Positions 10,748-22,389 of a DNA stretch of 22,605 nucleotides are shown here, in pieces. Source of the DNA: Atractiella rhizophila (lineage: Eukaryota); assembly GCA_021432655.1 (NCBI GenBank), contig MU271234.1, positions 107,086 through 129,690 on the forward strand, written 5' to 3'. A program made the position numbers and the translations under genes. How positions within the stretch are numbered: position 1 is the first letter of the stretch; each line of letters opens with the position of its first letter. The notes under the pieces were generated by a model. The model was given only the letters and a program-made list of their open reading frames with translations, was not told the DNA's origin and did no database searches.

Positions 10748-11339
10748 TTACCCCTTCTCTCTGATGGAACGAACTCAATCCTACTCACTGCGCTCGACTC
10801 ACACTCCTCACCTCCCTGACCGCTCGACGGCGGTGAAAGAAACGTCGAACCTCATTCCTCGCCCTTCGGAACCTCAAAATGTAACGACGATATGACGATA
10901 TGTAGGATATCGCCCCAGTACTGCATGGTGGATTCGTCCGACTTGCCAGACTTTATTTGCTGGCTGTTTGGGGATTGGCGAGGAGGGGAGTTGAGAAGGG
11001 CTGAATGGAATGAGGACGTGAGATGGTGTTAAGGCTCCTTTATTCGTTAGAGAGTGGACCGAGGAGGAGATCGTGTCTGTGAATAAGATGACAAGAGAAA
11101 GTGTATCAGGCTGGTACTCAGATGTTGAAGTGTAGCCACGACGTCAAAGTGCCTGTGAACACGACGTCGCTCACCCGAGGACTGTTTTTCTTAACAGACC
11201 TACCAATTATGTTACGAGCCGAGTCGATACCACGCACCGGTAGCGTACCAAGAAACCTGCGGCGACAGATTGATATGTTGATGGGATCGCTGAGAGCTAG
11301 GTTACTGTTCGGTGGAAGGAGGCAGAACTTGAAGTTTTA

Positions 11340-11730
11340 TTCTGGCGTCGTTTGGTCATTACATGTTCCTAAGCTCATAGTATGTCTGTCTCCTTTTCAC
11401 TCAGCTTAATCGTCTTCTCACTATCAACGGTTGTTGCAGGCTCGTACACTCAGTTGGCATATTGCATTGAGTGGACCCAGAACGTCTTCCCCTTACTCCA
11501 AATGATACCTGTTTATGGACCGCTTGCACACTTGTCTTCGCTCCTTCATGATGCTCTCACAACGAGAAGCGAGGTGGGGGACTTGGTGTTGGTTAGGCAA
11601 CTTCCAGCACGGGATGTCTTCCTGCTATGGCCACTTTCTCTGGGTTACCCGATGACTAAATCGTCTTGTGGGAGCCGTTTGTATTCGAGATCGAGATATG
11701 AGAGCTCCTCTTCGTCACAATCAACCAAGC
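11340..11730 (-). pseudogene. Possible decayed coding segment with multiple stops
   Basis: One frame reads VDCDEEELSYLDLEYKRLPQDDLVIG*PRESGHSRK...GIIWSKGKTFWVHSMQYAN*VYEPATTVDSEKTIKLSEKETDIL*, with protein-like composition and a Ser-rich antisense shadow ORF (11382-11756). Stop density is not clearly below random. Confidence 0.3.
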
Positions 11731-12005
11731 AGATTATGGTAGCAGCAGTATACTAGGCCGTCGAATGGACTTTGTCAAGCTGCATCCTCAGTTGCGGCCA
11801 GTTGCTTAAGCCTCAACCTGACACACGGAACTCTCGCAGCAAATACGTGCTTCATTATTCCATAGATGCTTTCTCAATTGAAAGTACCTTCTGCTCGACT
11901 GCCCCGTCAATGTGCGGCACGCTTGCGATCTGCTGGCTGTCCTGATGATGGGAGCGAAAATATCTTTCAGGAGCGCAAGACAACGTTGGGACTGCCAATT
12001 TCTTT

Positions 12006-12485
12006 TATTTCCCTCTGGATGAGATGAATTGATAAATAGGTATCATGCATGTGGGGTGTATTTCGGAAAAATCCTATGCATCATCCTCATCGTTCAATGG
12101 TGGTGTTTTCTTCTCCTAGACTGGTAGAATCCGAGAGAAGAGATCGATTTAGCGTGAGACTTGGACGTCGGGAAATTGGCAGAGGTATGTTTTTGACTTG
12201 ACCATTCTGCGGAACTGAGAGAAATGGATGCAAAAGATTGTTGAGGAGGCGGCAAGCGCCGGGGAAAGGAAAGATGACATCAATACGGAGCGCTAATGTT
12301 GCAAAAAATTGCACCGTCGCATTGTTTTGCATTCCAAGTAGATATCTATCATGCATTGCATTTCAATAGTTAGTCCACTGCATAACCGGACTCAGAATCC
12401 TAACTACGTCCCTCCCATCGGTCGATATGTGTAGATCGCACGAAAGATTCGGATGTCTAGTAAATGGTTATCAATGCTCAAGGGA
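12006..12485 (+). pseudogene. Orphan duplicate of the GPI3 3' end (last two exons, intron and 3' flank) with a premature stop
   Basis: Homologous to 6739-7315. TGG at 6866-6868 corresponds to TAG at 12125-12127, and no upstream GPI3 exons precede it. Confidence 0.9.
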
Positions 12486-12658
12486 GTGAATGTCGCCTAG
12501 CAATGTGAAGAGAGCGAATATTGAATGAGCGATTAGATGGATAGGGGAGCCACTGTCCGAAGGCACTGTCAAAGAATGCAGCATCAGGGAGTGTGATTGT
12601 GTAGTCTACTCATCATTATTAAAACGTGTATGTCCAGACATTGCAATCAAGAATGATA

Positions 12659-14790
12659 TCAATCCCACTTCACCTCAAATGGACCAAAGTTGACGGTCTT
12701 CATCCACTCCCAAACATAAGTCGAAACTCCTTCAGGATGCGCACGGATACTTCTCCATCCCAAGTAGTGGCACAATCCCCAGGTCATGTGCAACGAATCT
12801 GGAGTGCCCAGGACTTCAAGATCCCATGCGAGATCCTTTGAGTTTAAAGCGCTGTCGTCCATGAAAATGCCACAGTTCGACATTCCAAAATCCAGAAGAA
12901 CAGGATTGGGCACTCCGGATCCATTGCTATGGCAGATGATTTGATCTGGTCGCTGATCAATGTCGGTGTGATTCACACCTAGAAGCAACACGGCACCAAT
13001 CATCGTCATCGCGTTGATGTACTACCAAAATCAGCGGATAGGAAGGGGATAGATGAGGAGCTACTCACAAATGCTTGCTGATCTTCAGCTGAAAATGATT
13101 GCAGACCTGCTTTGTCGATATGAGGACCTTCCACAAACTCTAGCAAGTGTGCGGGGACGAATGTTCCATCCGACAGCCGTACCTAGTCTCTCTTTCAGTT
13201 CTGATGTGATGCAACCACAAAACTCACCTCGTAGAAACCGTAAGACCTCGGTATAGCTGACCCTTGGAGTAAGTGTAATGAACAGTAAGCAGATTGCTCC
13301 CGTGCTAAACAATCCTTCGCATCAGGCCAGCGCCGAATGCGCTTCGAACCATCCTCCTCTGGCCCGTTCCAGGCTGGAAAGGGGTACAACCGCTCTTCAT
13401 AAATCTTCAGGACAAGACGGGTACCGCTGAGTTCTCTGCCAGGGATTGTCACTTCGTAAACCTGTCCCCACAGTTGTTGCCCCGACCTGAGAGAACGGAG
13501 CAGCTGAATAGATTCACCGACTTTAAGATCAATGGCGGGCAGGGAAGATCGTTGCTTGGACATGGCATGAAGCATGATGTTCTGTCGGAAAAGTACAAGA
13601 GGATCGGAGGTACTGAGAATGAGCAGAGGTTCAGTGGACCTGAGGTTTGTTGACTCGAGAACAGACACGACCGTCAGACTTGCTCCAGGTACTTCTAAAT
13701 TATCCAGCCATAACTTCCCTTTGTGCAAGCGCTCCTCATGCCACCTTATAATGGCTCGCTGGAAAGTATAGCCGGCAGTCTGAACATCGAATAAGTCGAA
13801 TTCGGAAGATGTAGAGATGGCCGTCAAATCAAGTTGCAATCCAGCTGAAGGATCTCTTCGACATCCCGCAACAGCTATGTCCGGGAAAAGAGGCTGTCCA
13901 GTGCGGCAGGAATACTGTCCGGAACCCGATTTGGCACAAATCTCACAAAGCAAGGCCATGAGAGGCAGATAAGGCTCCTGCGAATGAAAAGAATAAGCTA
14001 TTGTGTAGTTTAGGCGGAGTGTCACAGATGATTGCATGTCGCAAAGAACTGCCGTCGACTTTAATGGCTCTGAAGCCATTATACCTGCAAGAACCTCCAG
14101 GTATTGTCCTGAAACGGTGTTGCCCAAGTTGTCGAAATCTGTCTTGTCAAACTCTTCCCAATCTTGATCACAAAGCACTCCATACGGCTACCATTAGGTG
14201 GCGAGTCAGCCGTTTGCGAACAGAAGTGAAACAATGGCACACCAGAAGCAAGATTGTCATCAAACATCTATCTTCATGAAGGATCCGCACAATCTCTAGC
14301 TCAGGAGAACCACAGGCAGGGGTTCTGGCCGTGAACGTGGATGTACACTGAATTTGAACAGGTTCTAAGCATTGAGAAGGATGAAAGTACGAGAGAAGAT
14401 GGCGCAGGTCGTCTGTGAATGAGGCCAACATGTGCGAAGCATCGCTACACCGAAAATTGAGGGGCTCTAAAACCGCGATTCAAAAGTAAGAGATAAAGCT
14501 TACATCAATCCTGTCACCAGAATCTGCTCATGAAATGGCACGAAATCAAAGCGCCGCAGAGCCTCTAGTTCTCCTTTGAGGTGATCCTTGTACGTGACCT
14601 GGAAAAGCCTTCCAGTGTCGAGAGACGGATGATTGAAATCTTCTTTTTTAATTCTATACCACACATTCAGCAGAGAATTATCTCTTTCGCCCGATTGGAT
14701 TGCTGTTGAGTTGAGACGCAGTGCAGGGGACCTCATCTGCTGCACCGAAGGGTCCGGTTTGACAAATGATCGAAGGCGTAAATTGCGCAT
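12659..14790 (-). CDS. Atypical protein-kinase-like protein, paralogue 2, 641 aa. Exons 14790-14504, 14444-14243, 14187-13228, 13182-13069, 13021-12659
   Basis: Four GT-AG introns with compatible phases give 1926 nt without internal stops. C-terminal kinase-like motifs are GQQLWGQVY, LVLKIY, REQSAY, IPRSYGFYE, HLLEFVEG, NHTDIDQRPDQII and LDFG. The N-terminal ~370 aa is unrecognised. Confidence 0.75.
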
Positions 14791-14899
14791 CTTTCACTCG
14801 CGTTCCTTTGAGGAAATTGTTAGATAGAGATGCAGGAACATTGTGAATTGAAAGGGGTCGGCTCTCATGGATGTGTGGGCAACAAGAAGGCAGTTTTCT

Positions 14900-16430
14900 T
14901 TACCTTGTTTAAACAAGCTGTGGCGAGGGAGTAAGGAGACAAATCAGAAAATGAAGACAAAAGACACTGTGCGTGTTAGAAGATGGAGGAACGAGAAAGG
15001 GTGAAAATTCTCAAAACCATGGAAACAAGGCGAGATACGCGAGGAGACAAAGCCGAATAAGGATCACTTGTGCAATCAGGTCTAGGGTTTGGAACAAAGC
15101 AAGCTTCAACTCAAAAAAAAGTCCAAACGTAGGAACAAGGACAGCTTCTGTTTTGCCGACAAAAGGAGTAGATGCAGGTGGAAACTTAGCGAAGGTATCA
15201 ATACCAGGTCGCCTGACCGTCCATGCCCCAAGCATTCGCCTTCCCCATCAAGATGTCACACAAGTTTGTTTGGTCTTCCGAATACGCGGAGAAACAACTT
15301 GAGTCTCATAGGATCGATTTTAAACCTCCTTCTGAATACAGTCAAGCCATTTCTGGACGTCGATCTCTGGACAAGTCGCGAAAGATGCGTCACCTACAGA
15401 TTATTCTTCCAAAGGGTAAAACAAGAAGCAAAAACACGGCTGAAATGTGAACGTATCGTGTTCAAGTGAACCAAATGGTGGCGTTTTGCTGATCGCTCCT
15501 AGGATCTGAAAGGAAATTTGAAAGAATGTGATTATTGTCAGTTCAAGAAGAGTATCACCAAGCACTCTACCCCTGGTCTTGGAAATATTGCGATGGCGCT
15601 CCAGATGGTTCCTGTGCGTTGCGCTCGCCCATCCTTTGACGAGGCTAGGAATGTGGCCGACATTATATGAGTGTTTCAACCTGAAAGAAGTAAATCTCAG
15701 AGATCGGTCAGGGGGCAAATACAAAGGATTGCAGTAATGCCGTCTCTCTTGCGTCAAACAGGTACGCGGTAGCATTATGCAGGAGCACATGCAGCAGGAG
15801 ATGACAGATTTCCAACTCCATTTTACGCGAAGGCTCAACAGCGTTCGGCCAGCGCTCAGACCCCGCCTGCATCGTCAGTGCATCTCGGATACGTGACATC
15901 CAAGGTACCTCAGGTATCTAAATCGTTGCGGTGAAATAATCTGACCCAAACCTTCAGTGGGAGTCGATCATTGATTCCGCATCGTGGAAAACTCTGCCAC
16001 GGCTGAAAAGAAGGAACGAAACATTTTACTGCAAGGAATCGAGGCAAGACATTCCTTTGTTTCAAAGCAGCTGTTGACAGGTTAAGATCTTAATATAGGG
16101 ATAGAAAATACTTGTCTTTACGGAAGCAGACATAGACGAGCTAACCGACAGAATGCCTTCTGATGACGGCTTGAGAGTCTACAAGGGCTATTGGCACGAT
16201 GGCGTCCCATCCACCAACGGTCTCAAAAATACCCTGCTGGAGGTTTTGAGATACACGAAATGGTATGGAACGGACCACATTCTCCTTACTAACCATCGAA
16301 CAAACGTTGTGATGTAGATTACCGATCATTCAGACCCACTGTACATCGAATGGGCATTCAGTAAGGTGCGCATGGCTGTTGTATTTTGCGGCCGGGTTGG
16401 GTCTGAATGCGATTGGGCTTTATGACTCAC
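14900..16430 (-). other. Exon-like fragments upstream of kinase-like paralogue 2 (separate or decayed gene; model unresolved)
   Basis: Several minus-strand splice-like signals and short ORFs (15011-15235, 15401-15838, 16141-16329). Both ends resemble sequence next to paralogue 1 (about 3165-3200 and 3257-3520). Confidence 0.3.
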
Positions 16431-17352
16431 GCTTTCATAAAAAGACGATGGAGTCAATGGAGAGTTCAGGTTGTCATGACTAAGTAGTTTTCGTGACTAA
16501 GTATTGTCACCAAAGAGTAAAGAATTGCACACTGGTTATGCGCGAAGGAATGTAGCCTCTGAGATAGTTCAAACTCAGTGCATAAATGAAGAACCGGGAT
16601 GGACGCTGTTCTCTCGGATAACCAACTTCTCCTATGAGGGTATTCTGTTCGAAACGCTCGTTCCTCTCCTGTCTTCTGAGTTGATCATGCGCACGCATGG
16701 AGCGAAAGGGACAAGTCTAGTCCGTCTTCAAGCAAGCTGCAGTTGAGAGCAAGCCAAGCAAAAGGGCGAGAAGAAGAAAACACCCTCAAAATGAGCACGG
16801 ATGTCCTCTGAAGAATCAGAAAGAGTAGCATGACAGATGGAGACAAGGTCAAGATGGTTGTGCAGAGATCTGGCGCAAACAAGAGGGAGTCGAGAACCTC
16901 ACAAAAGCAGTTTATAGATGAACAAAGCAACTGTGCCTTCAAAAGAGAGGAACTTAAAATTAACTGGACTCACCTTCGCGTCCCAAAGACACTCGACCAA
17001 CTTCAAGTTGAAATCAAACCACTTATACCGCAGCACGTGACGACCAAGCCCCACGGACGCAGCTTCTAAAGGAGCAAACTTTTCTGTAGCAACGAAACTA
17101 ATCCTTTCGAGACAACAAACTATTGGCACATTGCTGAACGCTGTGAAGATTTCGGAGGAACAGCTGAGGGCTCAATGATTTGCATTTGGACTCACAACAC
17201 GAGAGCTTTACAATAACTTATTGTACTATCTCCAGCGACACCAAGCAAGATGAAGCTAGGCAGGTCAAGATTGCAAGTCTTGTACATATACACGTCTTTG
17301 GCTCTTTCAATAGCCCTTCATCGTCAACAGAACATTGTCACGTCGGTTGGGT

Positions 17353-20300
17353 TCAATTTTGGACGAGAGTGAACCAAACTTTGAAGTCTCCCACTTCCTG
17401 CTCCTCATGTAAAATGACTGCTTTCCCCGCATATGTTTCTTCCTTCCCCTTCTTCGCCTTCTCAGGTAACTGTTTGAGCACTTTAAGAAGCACATCTTTT
17501 CTGCTTTCCAAGACTTTGTCGAGGTCGGCTTGGTGATTTTCGCTCCAGTAATAGTAAAGGATGTCGTCCGTCGTCTTCAGGCCAGCCTTCTTCCTCATCC
17601 GCTGGATCCTGTTGATGATTTCCCGCGCAAGACCTTCCTCGACTAGATCTGGACGTAGGAGAGCATCAAGAAGAATGACGACGTCGTTATCAGTATTGGA
17701 TTCGTAGTCGGACTTGTCCTCCGCTTTCGTGACCGCGGAGACGTCGACGTATCGGGTAGTGGTCAATTCTCCCTCTACTAATTCATGCCCTTCAATCGTA
17801 ATCTTCTTGTTAGCAACGAATCCTTTGACCTCATCGCTGCTGAGCTCAGTGATGCCCTTTCGGACTTTCCCCAGGTCCTTTCGAAGCTTCTTCCCTAACG
17901 CCGGCCAGTCTGCGTCAGCTCGATATCGGACACCGCACCGTGATTCGTCTGTTGTGTACTCGATATTCTGGACGTTCAATTCTTCATAGATGTAGGGCGA
18001 TAGTGATTGTACGTCATCGAGATACTCTTGACCCGAGTGAAATACGATGATCTCTTTCAGAGGCACTTTGAGAGGAAGCGTTCGTCGTTCTCGTGCTTGA
18101 CGACCGAGATCGATAACGGTTTGCATACGAGTGACTTGTCGCTCAATAACAGGATCGAAGTACTCTTCACGGACGTGAGGGAAGCTGAGGAAGTGCACGG
18201 AGCGTGGATCATTTCCAAACTCTAGGGCCTGAATGTCCTCCTGTGATGTGGGTAGGAAAGGTCGGAGGCCTTGGTAGATGTTTTCGGTGAGGAACGGGGT
18301 GAAGGAAGACTATATTTCGGTTAGGATTGCATAATCACAGGTAGAATCGCTTACCATTGTTCTACAAAGGGTTAAAAGAGCTTCGAAGAGAGTATTCAGA
18401 GCGGCAACAGTATCATCCAGTCCATTCGCGCCTTTCAGTCGTAAGCGGTTGAACCGGATATACCAGTTGGTGAGCTCGTCAATTAGACCTAATAACCGAG
18501 GTAGTATGGTGTATAATCGGTAAGCTATCACGATTTTTAGCCAGTAATAATATTTGCCATACTCAACTTTACCTTCCATCTCCGTCTTGACCAACCGGAT
18601 AAGGCTTTGGCATCGGGCCAAAATCCAGCGATCCATGACATTCTCTGACTTCTTTGCGTGGACATTGAACGTGAATTCCACTTGCGAGGTTTTCTTGAGA
18701 AGCTCGACTTGTCCAAGGAAAAAGCGGAACGAGTTAAGCCACGGCAACAGAGCTCGGCTGATGACTTCCTTCACCCCTGAGTCCTTGAAGCGAAGGTTCT
18801 CTCCTCGAACGACAGGTGAATTAATGAGGTATAATCTAGCAGGCTGCTCAGCAAGTCCACTGGCCATACAAAGCACGCACCGTAAAGCATCAGCGCCATA
18901 TCGTGCAAGGATCTCATTCGGATCAGGGTAATTCTTTAGACTCTTGGACATTTTACGACCGTCCCTGCAAAAAGTTAAACGGCATAACCATACAATCCAA
19001 AAAAACAGCGTACTCTGCAAGGACGATGCCAGTCACAATCAAATTCTTCCATGGGGCGGTATCGAAGAGAAGGGTTGCAAGGACTAGAAGGGTGTAGAAC
19101 CAACCGCTACAACGCCATTAAATCGACGCGCAAGAAGTTTGAGTTCAAGGCATACCGCGTCTGGTCAAGACCTTCTGCAATGAAGTCAGCGGGAAACCGC
19201 TCATTAAAGCCTTCCTTGTTCTCGAAGGGGTAGTGGATCTGAGCGTAAGGCATGCTAGAATGTCTTGAGAGTCGTGAATAGGGAAGAAACAGCGAAGACG
19301 TACCTGCCAGACTCAAACCAGCAATCAAATACCTCCTCTACACGCCGAAGTTGGCCTTTACCCTTTTTCGAAGGGACACTAATCTTGTCAACTGTTTCTC
19401 GATGAAGGTCAGTGAGTATGCCGCAACCAGCTAGCTCGTTTAATTCCTCTAGCGATCCAACACAGACAATCTAATATTTCATCAGCAATCTGTAGATTTC
19501 CGGCGCGACGAACCTCTTCCAAGTCTTCACTAGCCCAGAGCGGCAATGGCGTTCCCCAATACCTATTCCTGCTGATGTTCCAATCCCTAGCGTTCTTGAG
19601 CCAATTCGCAAATCTCGAATCGGAGACTGATTGTGGAACCCATCTTGTCTGGGCATTGTTGTTGACAAGCTGTTCAGTCGAATTGGCGACACGGATGAAC
19701 CAAGCGGGCACAGAGCGGTAGAGAAGAGGAGTGCCAGAACGCCAACAGAAGGGGTAAGAGTGAGTGAGTGTGCCTTGATGCACAAGACAATTCATAGCTT
19801 TAATGGCGCGCGTGATGCCTTTATCAGCATCCTGCACCAAGCGTGAGAACACTTCTTTATTGTCATAGGAAAGTGGCATAGTGGCATATCATACCTTCAC
19901 GTACTGTCCCTCGAACTCCGGAATGTAAGACGTGTACTTGCCCGTCTCATTGATGGGACAAGGTGGCATTTCATCTTCTTTCAGCACTCCTTCTCGCACA
20001 CAAACTCGATGATCGTCTTCTCCAAAAGCAGGAGCTTGATGAACGATTCCGGTACCAGCATCAGATGTGACGTAATCGTCGTTGACGACCTTCCATGCTT
20101 TCGTTTTGTACTATTTCCCAGTCAACATTTAATCAAGTTATCAGTGTACAAAGTCGACAAACTTGTTCGTAGAAGTGCTGGAACATGGGTTTATACCTCC
20201 ACCCATTTAGGTCCTTCCCTTTCCATTCCTGTAATTTCTTGAATTTCGCCTTCTTGGGATCCTTGTAGATGGCATTCAGAAGTTTATCACAAATAATGAA

Positions 20301-22292
20301 ATTCTGTTTCTTCTCCTCGTCGAAGATCTTGATGTAAGTAAACTCTGGATGCACGCACAGCGCCATGTTGCTGAAGAGCGTCCACGGAGTCGTCGTCCAC
20401 GCGAGAAGGGATGTCTCTGGATCATCGATGAGGGGGAATGAAACCACCACTGTTCCACAGATTTGATGGTCAGAATACAGTTGATTTGTGGGAACGGACA
20501 GCGAACCAGAAGGATCTACAACGTCCCTGTAATCCAAACCCGCCTCAAAATTGGACAGGGGTGTAGTCAACCCAGTTGAATAAGGCATAACTTTCACGCC
20601 TTGATACACCAGATCCTTGTCCCACAGTTGCTTAAATACCCACCAAACGGTCTCCATGAATGAAGGATTAAGCGTCTTGTAATCATTATCGAAGTCAATC
20701 CATCGTCCCATTCGCTCTACTGTGCGTCTCCATTCGGCGGAATAACGCATCACGATTGCTCGACACTCCGCATTGTACTTGTCGATACCCATCGCCATCA
20801 CGTCCGCCTTCCCCGTGATGTTGAGCTTTTTGTCGATCTCGTGCTCGACGGGGAGGCCATGCGTGTCCCATCCAAATCGCCGTGAGACGTGATAGCCGTT
20901 GGTGTGCGCGAAACGAGTAACGACATCCTGAAGTGATCATATATCAGTTCAAACTGCCACAACTGAAGAAATCGGACAAAGTCGACAAACTTGTTCGTAG
21001 AAGTGCTGGAACATGGGTTTATACCTCCACCCATTTAGGTCCTTCCCTTTCCATTCCTGTAATTTCTTGAATTTCGCCTTCTTGGGATCCTTGTAGATGG
21101 CATTCAGAAGTTTATCACAAATAATGAATTTCTGTTTCTTCTCCTCGTCGAAGATCTTGATGTAAGTAAACTCTGGATGCACGCATAGCGCCATGTTGCT
21201 GAAGAGCGTCCACGGAGTCGTCGTCCACGCGAGAAGGGATGTCTCTGGATCATCGATGAGGGGGAATGAAACCACCACTGTTCCACAGATTTGATGGTCA
21301 GAATACAGTTGATTTGTGGGAACGGGCAGCGAACCAGAAGGATCTACAACGTCCCTGTAATCCAAACCCGCCTCAAAATTGGACAGGGGTGTAGTCAACC
21401 CAGTTGAATAAGGCATAACTTTCACGCCTTGATACACCAGATCCTTGTCCCACAGTTGCTTAAATACCCACCAAACGGTCTCCATGAATGAAGGATTAAG
21501 CGTCTTGTAATCATTATCGAAGTCAATCCATCGTCCCATTCGCTCTACTGTGCGTCTCCATTCAGCGGAATAACGCATCACGATCGCTCGACACTCCGCA
21601 TTGTACTTGTCGATACCCATCGCCATCACGTCCGCCTTCCCCGTGATGTTGAGCTTTTTGTCGATCTCGTGCTCGACGGGGAGGCCATGCGTGTCCCATC
21701 CAAATCGCCGTGAGACGTGATAGCCGTTGGTGTGCGCGAAACGAGTAACGACATCCTGAAGTGATCATATATCAGTTCAAACTGCCACAACTGAAGAAAT
21801 CGGCCGGGAATCTAGAAGACAGAATGCAGGGTGATTTATCTAACTTTCGCAGAAAGTGAGGTGGGAATGAGCCGTTCTGCTGGACAGTTCATAGAGCCAG
21901 CAGCAAGCCATCTTTGTAGCACTTGATTCGAAGTGTTACCATCCGCTTCAATACAAAGACTAATAAACAAGGCGATATCAAGAGTGTTGTAGCGATAATT
22001 CAATCTCACTCAAGCTCTCCCTGGACTTGGACCAAGCAGCTACGATTGAGCTCACCTTGACTGTTCCTAGTAGCAAATGCCCATAATGTGGCAGACCCGT
22101 TGCAAATGGCGGGCCATCATAGAAAGTAAACTCTTTCCGTCCCTCCTTCAAACTCTGTCTAACAGATTCTTGAAAAGCATCGATCTCCTTCCAGTAAGCC
22201 ATCACCTTCAGCTCCTCATCTGGGAAGGAGAACGGAGCAGCCGTATCGTGCGCAGGAAATGCGGACTTTGATAGATCTTGTGAAGTGGACAT
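17353..22292 (-). CDS. ILS1: Cytosolic isoleucyl-tRNA synthetase. Exons 22292-22056, 21755-21335, 21277-20991, duplicates 20927-20507 and 20449-20163, then 20110-19895, 19831-19514, 19470-19304, 19254-19156, 19106-19014, 18964-18881, 18835-18573, 18524-18355, 18309-17353
   Basis: [16 protein letters not shown] (HIGH motif), WTTTPWT and [15 protein letters not shown] (CP1 editing domain), [41 protein letters not shown] and the C-terminal [12 protein letters not shown]. All introns are GT-AG with consistent phases. Confidence 0.98.
20148..21803. repeat. 828-bp head-to-tail tandem duplication inside ILS1 (20148-20975 and 20976-21803)
   Basis: Constant 828-nt offset. Five differences seen by eye, at 20301/21129, 20358/21186, 20498/21326, 20736/21564 and 20757/21585. 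Confidence 0.97.
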
Positions 22293-22389
22293 TATCTCAA
22301 CAGTTTCTGAAGAAATCTATGGACGTTTTATAGGTAGATCTGCTCTTAGTCGGCTCAGCGCGACTTGGAGAATTTTGGCACCCTTATCA

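Noticed and set aside
6739..12485. LTR retrotransposon (long direct repeats flanking several kb)
   Set aside because: The repeats are GPI3 exon and intron sequence, lack TG...CA ends, and no gag, RT or integrase motifs are visible between them.
16504..17180. Short ORFs between ILS1 and the kinase-linked block
   Set aside because: No recognisable motifs and no consistent splice model; treated as intergenic.
17714..19785. Plus-strand and off-frame ORFs over ILS1 (17714-17989, 18554-18931, 19471-19785 and others)
   Set aside because: They are antisense or alternate-frame shadows of IleRS exons.
21920..21935. tRNA T-loop or Pol III B-box-like TTCGAATC (minus strand) in ILS1 intron 1, and a TPP riboswitch
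   Set aside because: The flanking G-C closing pair and cloverleaf are missing, and the TPP aptamer consensus segments are not present.
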